Assembly (NCBI GenBank): GCA_012520655.1
Contig: JAAYNW010000032.1
Location: 25,899 to 89,898 of the forward strand
Length of the DNA stretch: 64,000 nucleotides
Source of the DNA: Clostridiales bacterium
GTDB lineage: Bacteria; Bacillota; Clostridia; Lachnospirales; Lachnospiraceae
Direction: 5' to 3'
Of this stretch, positions 36,765-46,628 are shown in pieces. The translations under genes and the position numbers were made by a program. Each line of letters starts with the position of its first letter. The stretch's first letter is position 1. Below the pieces are notes generated by a model. The model was not told where the DNA came from. It saw only the letters and a program-made list of their open reading frames with translations, and ran no database searches.

Positions 36765-38513
36765 TCACATCGCAAATTGACTGTTATATAGCTGCGCATA
36801 AAACCCTTCTGCTGCCAATAAGGTTTCATGGTTGCCCTGCTCAATGATATTACCGTCTTTCATTACAAGAATGATATCAGCTTCTTTAATCGTAGAAAGT
36901 CTATGCGCTACGATAAAGCTCGTTCTCCCCTCCATTAATTTAGCAAAAGCATTCTGAATCTTCAGCTCTGTTCGCGTATCGATGGAAGAAGTGGCTTCAT
37001 CCAGAATGAGCATATCCGGTTGACAAAGCATAACCCTCGCGATACATAAGAGCTGTTTCTGTCCTTGCGACAGATTCCCTCCTGCCTCCGTAATCACAGT
37101 ATCATATCCTTCCGGAAGCCTTATAATAAAGCTGTGGGCATGCGCTGCTTTTGCAGCGGCGATTATTTCGTCTTCTGTAGCATCCGGCTTTCCCATCCCG
37201 ATATTTTCCCTGATTGAACCTGTCTTCAGCCAAGTATCCTGCAACACCATACCAAAAGAAGTGCGCAGACTCTTTCTCGTCACATGGCGGATGTCCTTTC
37301 CCTCCACCCGTATGCTTCCGCTGTCCACATCATAAAAACGCATCAGCAGATTGATAATTGTCGTTTTTCCGCATCCGGTAGGGCCTACAATCGCCACCCT
37401 TTGTCCCGGCTTCACATGGAGATTAAAGTTCTGAATTAACTTTTTATCGGGTACATATGAAAAATAAACTTCGGAAAGAGAGACATTTCCTTCCACCCCG
37501 GAAAGCATTACCGCATCTACCGGCTCCGGCTTCTGCGGTTCTTCTTCTATCAGTTCCAATATCCTCCCCGCACAGGCAATCGCATTTTGCAATTCCGTAA
37601 TAACTCCGGAGATTTCATTGAAGGGCTTCGTATACTGATTGGCATAGGTGAGCAGACATACGAGCTGTCCTACACTGATTCCTCCCGCTATCGCGGATAT
37701 CGCTCCCACAACGCCCACTCCCGTATATACGAGACTGTTTACAAATCTCGTTGCCGGATTGGTAATGGATGAAAAAAAGATCGCATTTAACGATGCTTCC
37801 TGCAATCTTTCATTAATCTCGTCGAACCGCTCCATCGCCTTTTCTTCGTGTCCATATGCCTGAATTACTCTTTGATTGCCGACCATTTCATCGATAAGTG
37901 CGGTCTGCTCTCCTCTTGCCTCCGACTGAAGCTTAAACATCCGATAAGTTTTCTTCGCAATAAAATTAGCGACCAGAAAGGAAACCGGCGTGAGCAATAC
38001 GACAACCGCTGTAATTCCTACATTAATAGTTAACATAATATTCAAGGTTCCTAAAATGGTCATAACTCCTGTAAACAATTGCGTAAAGCCCATAAGCAGC
38101 CCGTCAGCCAATTGTTCCACATCCGCTATTACCCGGCTGACCACTTCGCCATAGGAATGAGAGTCTATATACTTAAGCGGCAGCACTTCTATCTTCTTAA
38201 ATGCCTCATCCCTCATATCCCGTACAATTCCGAAAGTCATCCTATTGTTGCACACATTCATAATCCATTGTGCAATCGCAGTAAATGCAATAGCTATCGC
38301 CATTTTGCGAAGTATCGTTAATATTTTTGCAAAGTCAACCAATCCTTTGCCGGTAATATGGTCAATGGCCTCTCCGGTCAGAATCGGCAAGTATAAAGTA
38401 AGTACTACGCTGACTGCCGCCATAACAATGGACATACCGAGACAAAACCAATATTTCTTCATGTATTTCAATACCTTGAAGAGAGTTTCTTTTTGATTAT
38501 TGCTTCCATCCAT
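36765..38513 (-). CDS. Heterodimeric ABC exporter subunit (consensus NBD)
   Basis: TMD plus GPTGCGKT, LSQGQKQ, LDEATS and AHRLST. Confidence 0.93.
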   Translation of the reverse strand: MDGSNNQKETLFKVLKYMKKYWFCLGMSIVMAAVSVVLTLYLPILTGEAIDHITGKGLVDFAKILTILRKMAIAIAFTAIAQWIMNVCNNRMTFGIVRDMRDEAFKKIEVLPLKYIDSHSYGEVVSRVIADVEQLADGLLMGFTQLFTGVMTILGTLNIMLTINVGITAVVVLLTPVSFLVANFIAKKTYRMFKLQSEARGEQTALIDEMVGNQRVIQAYGHEEKAMERFDEINERLQEASLNAIFFSSITNPATRFVNSLVYTGVGVVGAISAIAGGISVGQLVCLLTYANQYTKPFNEISGVITELQNAIACAGRILELIEEEPQKPEPVDAVMLSGVEGNVSLSEVYFSYVPDKKLIQNFNLHVKPGQRVAIVGPTGCGKTTIINLLMRFYDVDSGSIRVEGKDIRHVTRKSLRTSFGMVLQDTWLKTGSIRENIGMGKPDATEDEIIAAAKAAHAHSFIIRLPEGYDTVITEAGGNLSQGQKQLLCIARVMLCQPDMLILDEATSSIDTRTELKIQNAFAKLMEGRTSFIVAHRLSTIKEADIILVMKDGNIIEQGNHETLLAAEGFYAQLYNSQFAM

Positions 38514-40246
38514 TATGCTCTCTCCTCCTTTTTAAACTGCGAATCATAGATTTCTTTATAAACATCACAGTTTTGAACAAGCTCATCGTGGGTACCGATT
38601 CCTGCTATTTTACCGTCATCCATAACTATGATAAAATCGGCATACCGAATGGAAGCTGCTCGCTGGGATACGATGAAAACTGTAATTTCTTCTTCCATTT
38701 CCCGGATTTCTTTTCTAAGTCTGGCATCGGTAGCGAAGTCCAGCGCGGAAGCGCTGTCGTCCAATATGAGTATTTCCGGCTTTCTTACGAGTGCTCTGGC
38801 TATTGTCAGGCGCTGCTTCTGCCCTCCTGAGAAGTTCTTGCCTTCCTGTGACACCCTTGTATCCAAACCGTCCCTTTTTTCATCGACAAACTCTTTCGCC
38901 TGAGCAATTGTAATCGCCCGGTACATTTCTTCATCTGAAGCATCCTCTTTCCCCCACCGCAGATTCTCCCTTATGGTTCCTTTGAACAATACTGCTTTCT
39001 GCATAACTATGCCGATTTTTGCACGAAGCATCTCAAGAGGATAGTCTCTCACATCCACTCCATTTATCTTTACGCTACCCTTTGTAGCATCATAAAACCG
39101 CGGAATCATATTAACCAGGGACGATTTTCCCGAGCCCGTTCCCCCTATGATTCCAATCGTCTGCCCGCGCCTTACTTCAAAATTAATATCTGTCAGGGCT
39201 TCCGCTCCCGCGTTTTTATAAGTCAAGCAAACATGCTCGAAAGAAACCGCTATATTTGCATGTTCCATAGTAGCAACTTTTTCTTTTTCCGGAGATACGA
39301 GACCGGACTTCACTTCAAATATTGCCGCAATGCGATTCGCACTGGCTAATGCTTTCGTTATGGTAATGATTAAGTTGGCAAGCTTGATAAGTTCCACTAA
39401 TATCTGAGACATATAGTTTACAAGGGCAACTACTTCCCCCTGCGTGATATAACCGGTATCCACCTGAAGCGCGCCTGTCCATATGAGCACAATTACCGCG
39501 CCGTTTATAATGACATAGGTAACCGGATTCATCAATGCGGAGATCTTACCTACAAATTCCTGCAGCTGTGCCAGTGCCCTGTTTTCCTTTTCGAAACGTT
39601 TTATTTCCGACATCTCTTTGTTAAAAGCACGTATGACTCTTATACCTGTCAGATTCTCTCTCGTAATGCCAAGAATCTTGTCCAGTCCTGCCTGCACCTT
39701 CTTATATAAAGGCATACTGATAAGCATAATTCCAAAGACTACAATACAAAGCAGAACAATTGTAACCAAAAAAATCACTGCTGCCCTTACGTCTATGGTA
39801 AACGCCATTGTCATGGCACCGAACACAATGAAAGGAGAGCGCAGGAAGAGACGCAGAACAAGGTTCACTCCTGACTGTACCTGATTAACATCGCTGGTCA
39901 TACGCGTAATCAGCGTAGATGTCCCGATTTCATCCATCTCCGTAAAAGAAAGCTTCTGAATATGCCCGAACAGCTCATGCTTTAATCCTGTAGAAAATCC
40001 CACTGCCGCCTTTGCGGAATAATATTGTGCGGTTATAGAACATACTAATCCTACAATGCCCAGTGCTACCATGAGCAGACACATTCTAACGATATACCCC
40101 TTATCTCCTCCTGCAATTCCCTTATCGATAATCGCCGCCATAACGAGCGGTACAAGAAGTTCAAAGGAAGCCTCCAGCATCTTAAAAAGCGGTGCCAATA
40201 CTGTTTCTTTTTTATAATCCTTAAGATAAATCAATAGCTCCTTCAT
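38513..40246 (-). CDS. Heterodimeric ABC exporter subunit (degenerate NBD)
   Basis: GGTGSGKS and FSGGQKQ. LDDSAS and VSQR replace the catalytic Glu and switch His, as in TM287/288-type pairs. Confidence 0.93.
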   Translation of the reverse strand: MKELLIYLKDYKKETVLAPLFKMLEASFELLVPLVMAAIIDKGIAGGDKGYIVRMCLLMVALGIVGLVCSITAQYYSAKAAVGFSTGLKHELFGHIQKLSFTEMDEIGTSTLITRMTSDVNQVQSGVNLVLRLFLRSPFIVFGAMTMAFTIDVRAAVIFLVTIVLLCIVVFGIMLISMPLYKKVQAGLDKILGITRENLTGIRVIRAFNKEMSEIKRFEKENRALAQLQEFVGKISALMNPVTYVIINGAVIVLIWTGALQVDTGYITQGEVVALVNYMSQILVELIKLANLIITITKALASANRIAAIFEVKSGLVSPEKEKVATMEHANIAVSFEHVCLTYKNAGAEALTDINFEVRRGQTIGIIGGTGSGKSSLVNMIPRFYDATKGSVKINGVDVRDYPLEMLRAKIGIVMQKAVLFKGTIRENLRWGKEDASDEEMYRAITIAQAKEFVDEKRDGLDTRVSQEGKNFSGGQKQRLTIARALVRKPEILILDDSASALDFATDARLRKEIREMEEEITVFIVSQRAASIRYADFIIVMDDGKIAGIGTHDELVQNCDVYKEIYDSQFKKEERA

Positions 40247-40292
40247 CGTTTATACTCTCCGATAAAACTGATTTATATAACCAGCTCCTATA

Positions 40293-41675
40293 CTATATCA
40301 GGTCAATAGCATCCCGTACGGATCTTACTCCTATAATCTTCATTTCTTTCTCTTCTATTCCCCTTACACTTTCCAGACAGACCGCAGGCAGGATGCAAGT
40401 AGTAAACCCTAACTTCTTGGCCTCCTGCACTCGTTGTTCCGCCATACTTACAGCCCTTACTTCGCCGCTGAGTCCCACTTCTCCGAAAGCGATTACTCCG
40501 CTGTCGATTGTCCGATTCTTAAAGCTGGAGACAATCGCCATCACAATCCCCAAATCGATAGCGGGTTCAACGACTTTTATGCCTCCGGCCAGATTTACAT
40601 AAGCGTCGCAGCTCGACATCTGCAGACCTACCCTTTTCTCCAGCACAGCCATCAACAGGTTTACTCGGTTAAAATCAGTACCAATTGCCTGACGTCTGGG
40701 AATTCCGAAGTTACTCCCGCATACGAGAGCTTGAATCTCGATCAATATCGGACGGGTACCTTCCATAGAACATGCGACTATCGAACCGCTGGCGTCTTCC
40801 GGCCTGCCGTTCAGCATAAATTCCGAAGGATTTATAACTTCCTTAAGCCCTTCCTCTCTCATCTCGAACACACCGATTTCATTCGTGGAACCGAACCTGT
40901 TCTTGACTCCTCGAAGTATCCTATAAGAAGCATGCCTGTCGCCTTCAAAATAAAGCACCGTATCCACCATATGTTCGAGTACTCTAGGCCCTGCTACCGT
41001 TCCTTCTTTTGTAACATGCCCTACAAGAAATATGGATATATTAATCCCTTTTGCAAGCTTAAGGAAAATACCGGTAGCCTCCCTTACTTGAGACACACTT
41101 CCGGGAGCTGCCGAGACCTCTTCGCTATACATCGTTTGGATCGAATCAATAACTGCCACATCAGGTTTCATCTCTCTTAATGTCTCTTCAATCACATATA
41201 AGTTCGTCTCACATAAGAGCAGCAGATTATCGTTAAATTCTCCGATTCTATTTGCACGTATTTTAATCTGCCTCAAAGATTCCTCGCCGGAAAGATATAG
41301 CACTTTGCGCCCCGCACCGGCAAGCTTCTGGCATACTTGCAGCAAGAGGGTAGACTTACCGATTCCCGGATCCCCTCCTACCAGAGTAAGTGAGCCCGGC
41401 ACGATGCCGCCCCCCAATACTCTGTCGAGTTCCCCTATCTGCGTGCTGAATCTTTCTTCGCTGCTCAAGGACACTTCGGATAGCTTCGCAGGCTCTGCCC
41501 GCGTTGGCCTGCCTCCGGTCTTAGAATACGTGCCGGTTCCCTTTGAACTCATGTTTATCCGTTCTTCCACAAACGTATTCCAAGCCTTGCACCCCGGACA
41601 CTGTCCCATCCATTTCGCCGATTCATAACCACATTCCTGACAAAAAAATACAGTCGCGTTTTTACCCTTTGCCAT
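40293..41675 (-). CDS. radA: DNA repair protein RadA/Sms
   Basis: C4 zinc finger, GDPGIGKST, KNRFG and a Lon-like C-terminal domain. Confidence 0.97.
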   Translation of the reverse strand: MAKGKNATVFFCQECGYESAKWMGQCPGCKAWNTFVEERINMSSKGTGTYSKTGGRPTRAEPAKLSEVSLSSEERFSTQIGELDRVLGGGIVPGSLTLVGGDPGIGKSTLLLQVCQKLAGAGRKVLYLSGEESLRQIKIRANRIGEFNDNLLLLCETNLYVIEETLREMKPDVAVIDSIQTMYSEEVSAAPGSVSQVREATGIFLKLAKGINISIFLVGHVTKEGTVAGPRVLEHMVDTVLYFEGDRHASYRILRGVKNRFGSTNEIGVFEMREEGLKEVINPSEFMLNGRPEDASGSIVACSMEGTRPILIEIQALVCGSNFGIPRRQAIGTDFNRVNLLMAVLEKRVGLQMSSCDAYVNLAGGIKVVEPAIDLGIVMAIVSSFKNRTIDSGVIAFGEVGLSGEVRAVSMAEQRVQEAKKLGFTTCILPAVCLESVRGIEEKEMKIIGVRSVRDAIDLI

Positions 41676-41709
41676 AGATTATTCCCTTCCACCCATAAAA
41701 ATTTTAGGC

Positions 41710-41748
41710 AAAAAAACGGGACTTTCACAAAATGACCGTCCCGTTTTT
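41710..41748. terminator. Hairpin with A and T flanks between the hypothetical gene and radA
   Basis: AAAAACGGGAC...GTCCCGTTTTT. Confidence 0.65.
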
Positions 41749-41756
41749 CGTTTCTT

Positions 41757-42167
41757 CTATTTTGCTACTTTGACATTTACTTCTCCGGCATCGGCAAGCT
41801 CTACGCTTAAATTCAGCTTACCACCCAAATTCGTACTCATTTTACCAATACTTTCATTATTTATATAAACCTCATATTCCGTTTCATCCTGAAGACCTAT
41901 CGTAATCTGCGCATCTTCATCGCCTTCTACATTAAAGGTAATACCATCCTGAGTTTCTTTAAAATCAGTTACACTCGTTCCCGGTACCGATTCATAGACA
42001 AACATCCCGTTCCTTTCAAGCTTTGTCATTGTCTTGTAAGTCTTAACCTTCAACAGGTCACCACCGTACTCAAAATCCTCTAATTTCGCTTTTTTCTCCA
42101 GTTTGTGGTTGCCAAAACTGATTGCTCCTCCGCCTTCCGCGCGAAGTAATTCTTCCACCACTGCCAT
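41757..42167 (-). CDS. Acidic beta-rich hypothetical protein (136 aa)
   Basis: Clean ORF with AGGAGG SD; no motif I can assign. Confidence 0.8.
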   Translation of the reverse strand: MAVVEELLRAEGGGAISFGNHKLEKKAKLEDFEYGGDLLKVKTYKTMTKLERNGMFVYESVPGTSVTDFKETQDGITFNVEGDEDAQITIGLQDETEYEVYINNESIGKMSTNLGGKLNLSVELADAGEVNVKVAK

Positions 42168-42257
42168 TTCTTATGTCCTCCTAAGTTTCCTTCCCTCGCT
42201 AATATGACACATTTTCAGCATCCTATTCTCAATATTAGTATAATATATTTTTTATAT

Positions 42258-44732
42258 TTAATCTACTAAAACTTCTGATTCGAGATTCTTTTTTACGCGG
42301 AATGTAACCTTTCCATCCTTTACTCCGGCGCTTACATTATCGCCGGGTTTTATTTTTCCTGCCAGAATTTCTTCAGCCAACGCATCCTCAATAACAGTTT
42401 GAATCGCACGTTTTAACGGCCTTGCACCCATCTTATAATCGGAATACTTATCTACGATATGTTCCTTTAAAGATGGAGAAATGGCCAGATAGATATTCAT
42501 CTGATTCTTGCACCTATTCCTAAGATCCGTGGACAGCAGGGTGATAATTTGCTTCATATTGTCTTTATTCAAAGGATGGAACACCATGATTTCATCAATA
42601 CGGTTAATAAACTCAGGTTTAAAAAGCCTCTTCACTTCTTCCATAACACCGGACTTCATTTTTTCATAGTTCTGCTTTTCATTCGTTTGAGAAGAAAAGC
42701 CTAAGTTCTTCGGATCAATGATTCTCTGTGCACCCGCATTAGAGGTCATAATAAGAATGGTGTTCTTAAAGCTCACTTTATGTCCTTTGGCATCCGTAAT
42801 ATGTCCATCATCCAGTACCTGCAAAAGAATATTGAACACATCGGGATGGGCCTTTTCAATTTCATCGAATAATACTACCGAATACGGGTTTCGCCTTACC
42901 TTCTCGCTGAGCTGCCCACCTTCGTCAAATCCTACATATCCCGGAGGGGATCCTATCATCTTGGATACCGAGTGTCCTTCCATATATTCCGACATATCCA
43001 CACGGATAAGAGCATTTTCAGAACCGAACATAGCTTCTGCCAACGCTTTGCTAAGTTCTGTTTTTCCTACACCTGTGGGTCCCAGGAACAAGAACGAACC
43101 GATGGGTCTGCCGGGATCCTGCAGACCGACGCGTCCTCTGCGCATCGCCTTTGCCACTGCGGATACTGCTTCCTCCTGCCCGATTACACGCTTATGCAGG
43201 ATAGACTCCAGTTTGAGCAGACGTTCACTCTCCTTTTCGGCCAGCTTCTTTACAGGAATTTTTGTCCACATGGATACTACTTCCGCAATTTCATTTTCCC
43301 CTACCACATACTTGCGGTCTTCCTGCGACAAATTGAATTTATGTTTCATCTTTTCATATTTCTTTATTAAAGCATCTTGATTTTGCTTTAGTTCTCCCGC
43401 CTGACTGAAAGCTTCTATTCTGATAGCTCGTTCTATCTGCGCATCCATCTTGGCAATCTGCTCCGTCAGTTCTTTCATCTTATCCGGCATATGCATCGTC
43501 TTAAGACGCACTGCGGCGGCAGCCTCGTCGATTAGATCGATGGCTTTATCGGGCAGATTCCTATCATTAATATATCTCGTGGAAAGATGAACTGCCGCTT
43601 CAATCGCCTCATCGAGAATTGATACACGATGGTGCTCTCTGTATTTCCCCACGACTCCCTTCAATATACGTATCGCTTCCGCCTCTGTCGGTTCTTCTAC
43701 GTTAACCGGTTGGAACCTTCGCTCCAATGCCGCATCCTTTTCCACATATTTTCTATATTCGGCAATTGTGGTCGCTCCGATTAGCTGAATCTCCCCCCTT
43801 GCCAATGAAGGTTTTAATATATTGGATGCATCGATTGCGCCCTCAGCGCCTCCGGCACCGATAATCGTATGCATTTCATCCAGAAAGAGAATAACATTAC
43901 CGTCATCTATGACTTCTTTTATCACTTTCTTGATTCTTTCTTCGAATTCGCCTCTATACTTGCTTCCCGCAACCATACCTGATAAGTCCAACGTAAGAAC
44001 TCTCTTATTCTGCACGGTAAACGGTACTTCACCGGAGACAATCCTCAGTGCGAGCCCTTCCACTACCGCCGTTTTACCGACTCCCGGCTCTCCTATCAGA
44101 CAGGGATTGTTTTTCATTCTCCTGCTCAGTATCTGAATAACCCTTCCAATCTCTTCTTCACGCCCAATTACGGGATCCAGTTCTCCCTTTTGTGCAAGCG
44201 CCGTAAGATCCCGGCTATACTGCTCCAGCACCGATGTTCCGCCTTTTTTCTTTCCATTCTGTTTTTTGGCTAGATCTTCTTTATAAAGTGTTCCGTCCGC
44301 ACCCATGGCAATTAAGGCGTCCACATACACCTTCTGTGCGGATATCCCGAGCGTGTTCAACAGTCTTACCGCCACATTTTCCCCCTCTTTAATAAGTGCC
44401 AGAAGAATATGCTCGGTTCCTGTCTTTTCAAGGCCAAAACGTTCTGCCTGCCTATGTGCTTCCTCAAGAACCTTTGCCGCACGAGGTGAATAACCATCTC
44501 TGTCTTTTATCTGAATACCGCTTTCCGGAGCGATTAAATCTTTAATCATCTCCAAAAGCTGAGTCTCTTCTAATCCGTTCTCCGTAAGAACCTTTGCCGC
44601 AACACCCGTTTTTTCTTTTAATAGGCCCACTAAAATATGTTCCGTTCCTACGTATCCCTGCTTTAAACTTGTTGCTGTCTTTTCCGCCAGCACAAGTGCG
44701 GCTTTCGCCTTATCTGTAAACTGTGACTGCAT
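42258..44732 (-). CDS. clpC: ATP-dependent Clp protease ATP-binding subunit ClpC
   Basis: Clp-N repeats, GEPGVGKT, GPTGVGKT, a UVR-like middle domain and the LGF ClpP-docking loop. Confidence 0.96.
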   Translation of the reverse strand: MQSQFTDKAKAALVLAEKTATSLKQGYVGTEHILVGLLKEKTGVAAKVLTENGLEETQLLEMIKDLIAPESGIQIKDRDGYSPRAAKVLEEAHRQAERFGLEKTGTEHILLALIKEGENVAVRLLNTLGISAQKVYVDALIAMGADGTLYKEDLAKKQNGKKKGGTSVLEQYSRDLTALAQKGELDPVIGREEEIGRVIQILSRRMKNNPCLIGEPGVGKTAVVEGLALRIVSGEVPFTVQNKRVLTLDLSGMVAGSKYRGEFEERIKKVIKEVIDDGNVILFLDEMHTIIGAGGAEGAIDASNILKPSLARGEIQLIGATTIAEYRKYVEKDAALERRFQPVNVEEPTEAEAIRILKGVVGKYREHHRVSILDEAIEAAVHLSTRYINDRNLPDKAIDLIDEAAAAVRLKTMHMPDKMKELTEQIAKMDAQIERAIRIEAFSQAGELKQNQDALIKKYEKMKHKFNLSQEDRKYVVGENEIAEVVSMWTKIPVKKLAEKESERLLKLESILHKRVIGQEEAVSAVAKAMRRGRVGLQDPGRPIGSFLFLGPTGVGKTELSKALAEAMFGSENALIRVDMSEYMEGHSVSKMIGSPPGYVGFDEGGQLSEKVRRNPYSVVLFDEIEKAHPDVFNILLQVLDDGHITDAKGHKVSFKNTILIMTSNAGAQRIIDPKNLGFSSQTNEKQNYEKMKSGVMEEVKRLFKPEFINRIDEIMVFHPLNKDNMKQIITLLSTDLRNRCKNQMNIYLAISPSLKEHIVDKYSDYKMGARPLKRAIQTVIEDALAEEILAGKIKPGDNVSAGVKDGKVTFRVKKNLESEVLVD

Positions 44733-45112
44733 TAATCTAGTCCTCCATAATTTTCATAAACTTCGTCAATAAGAGCATGCACTTCTTCTCTGGAAATATT
44801 CTTACAGCTGCTCCTTGCCAACAAAACTTTCAAATCTTTTCTCAGTTCTTTCATCGTTTCCATCTTATCCATATCTATGGCAACCACGGCACCTCTGCGC
44901 CTGTCCACTTTCACAAACCCTTCTTGTTTAAGAACAGTATATGCTTTATTCACCGTGTGCATGTTAATACCTATAGCATCCGCAAGCTGTCTGACAGACG
45001 GAAGTTCTTCGCCAATTCTTATTTTGGATGTGGCAATCCCTATAATGATTTGATTGCGAAGCTGCAAATATAACGCCTCGTCGCTGTTAAAATCTATATC
45101 TATTATCATCAT
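44732..45112 (-). CDS. GntR family regulator, YtrA subfamily
   Basis: LYLQLRNQI...LPSVRQLA...INMHTVNKAY..L..EG wHTH; about 126 aa with a short C-terminal helix. The TAATG stop/start overlaps clpC. Confidence 0.9.
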   Translation of the reverse strand: MMIIDIDFNSDEALYLQLRNQIIIGIATSKIRIGEELPSVRQLADAIGINMHTVNKAYTVLKQEGFVKVDRRRGAVVAIDMDKMETMKELRKDLKVLLARSSCKNISREEVHALIDEVYENYGGLD

Positions 45113-45133
45113 ATTCAATACCTTCCTCTTGAC

Positions 45134-45154
45134 TGTTATACAAATATTATAACA
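45134..45154. promoter_or_regulatory. Palindromic operator TGTTATA-N7-TATAACA upstream of gntR
   Basis: Perfect 7-7-7 inverted repeat between a TTGACA (minus strand, 45166-45171) and the gntR SD; resembles YtrA-subfamily operators. Confidence 0.65.
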
Positions 45155-45250
45155 CTAAAAACATTATGTCAAGAATCTGCTTTAGCCCTTCCGATAGCAA
45201 AAGGGTATATGAGTAGCAAGCCCATATACCCCATATTTTTATTTTTGAAA

Positions 45251-46603
45251 TCAATCCCTATCTTCCATATTTAAAAACTCAAACTCAAACTCATCATCAT
45301 CGATTAGGAAATTTTTGGCTTTCTTCTTCGGCATCGGAGCAGGTGTTTCCTCTTCAACATCGTAATTAATTTTCCTAACCTTGGATACCGGCTCTCTTAC
45401 CGGTTGTTTTACCACTTTGACGCTGCTTCGTCTTCTGACGGGAACTTCTTCCTCCTCGTCGTCTTCCTCATCCTCGTCATCATCTTCTTCGTCATCATCT
45501 TCTTCGTCATCATCTTCTTCATAATCTTCATCATCATACAAATCTCTGATCTTAAACAACAATAACGTAACTATAACTGCAAGAATCGCTACCACTACCG
45601 CCAGAACAATAATTACAATCTTTTGAATGGCGAGCTGATCGGAATCGCTCTCACTCTGTGCCGATCCTGCTTCCGCCGCCGCCATGAGTCCTGCCAGCGT
45701 CTGGCGCGTTCCGTTTATATTATCATATAAATACCATTCGTTCTCGCCGGCATCATTTTGTGTATAAACCATTTCATAGTCCGGCTTTGTCTCTTCTTCC
45801 GGCTGAGCAGGTTCTTCCGCAGGAACTTCTCCGGCTTCTTCCGGTACAGCCTCTTGCGCGCCTTCAGCCGCAGCGCTGTCCGCGCCTTCTCCACCGGCAC
45901 TATCCGTAGCCTGTATATTTTCTCCGGCCGTATTCTGCTGTGCCGAATTGTCAGTAGCAGCCGCTGCCGGCGGATCTCCGACCGTTATCAAATCCGAACG
46001 GATAAATCCTACGATTTCCTTACCCGCCGAAGTCGTATATTTTATCTGATACCATTTCTTTCCATCACTCGCATTCGCTTCTCCGGTAATTGTAACTACC
46101 GTATTCTTCGTTGCCGAACCTACTGTTTCGTGCTCTGTTGATGCACCTTCCCTAATTCTTGCACTTTCGTAATTCACATATGCTTTCGTTTCCGCAATCG
46201 GAGTCGCCGTAGTCGGTTCCGGCTTCTTCTCTGTCGCACTGCTTTCGGTTGCCGTACTGCTATCCGTGGTTGTCGCAGTAAGCGTTCCGGTAGACGTCGT
46301 TGCTTTAATCAGCAAGTCGGAACGGATATATCCGGTGATGTTGTCTGCGGTTACTTTGTACCAGACCATTCCTGCACTGTCTGTCACTTCATCCGTAACA
46401 GCTACCGTACTGCCCTTTAATAAACCCACCACCACATCGCTGGAAGTTGTCGGTTCCTTTCGTACCTTCGCCGCATCCGCAGAAACAATTCCCGTTGTCT
46501 GCGTATAGGCCATGCAAACTGTAGGCGTGCCAATGAAAACAATCATAGAAAATAACACACACGTCGCTACGGTCACTAATTTACCTGTTATACTTTTCTT
46601 CAT
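45251..46603 (-). CDS. Membrane-anchored protein with two SH3b domains and an acidic cytoplasmic tail
   Basis: N-terminal signal; two SH3_3-like repeats (AKVRKEPTTSS...WYKV and ARIREGASTEH...WYQI); T/S/A/E/P-rich linkers; a TM helix IVIIVLAVVVAILAVIVTLLLF; D/E-rich tail. Confidence 0.85.
   Translation of the reverse strand: MKKSITGKLVTVATCVLFSMIVFIGTPTVCMAYTQTTGIVSADAAKVRKEPTTSSDVVVGLLKGSTVAVTDEVTDSAGMVWYKVTADNITGYIRSDLLIKATTSTGTLTATTTDSSTATESSATEKKPEPTTATPIAETKAYVNYESARIREGASTEHETVGSATKNTVVTITGEANASDGKKWYQIKYTTSAGKEIVGFIRSDLITVGDPPAAAATDNSAQQNTAGENIQATDSAGGEGADSAAAEGAQEAVPEEAGEVPAEEPAQPEEETKPDYEMVYTQNDAGENEWYLYDNINGTRQTLAGLMAAAEAGSAQSESDSDQLAIQKIVIIVLAVVVAILAVIVTLLLFKIRDLYDDEDYEEDDDEEDDDEEDDDEDEEDDEEEEVPVRRRSSVKVVKQPVREPVSKVRKINYDVEEETPAPMPKKKAKNFLIDDDEFEFEFLNMEDRD
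45475..45520. repeat. 15-bp tandem repeat encoding (EEDDD)x3
   Basis: TCGTCATCATCTTCT repeated three times inside the SH3 gene. Confidence 0.8.
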
Positions 46604-46628
46604 CCGTATTTCCTCCCCTTATGGGTTA

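Noticed and set aside
45420-45540. Periodic repeats as a possible CRISPR or satellite array
   Set aside because: This is a coding triplet repeat for Asp/Glu with no unique spacers and no cas genes. I saw no CRISPR array anywhere in the window.
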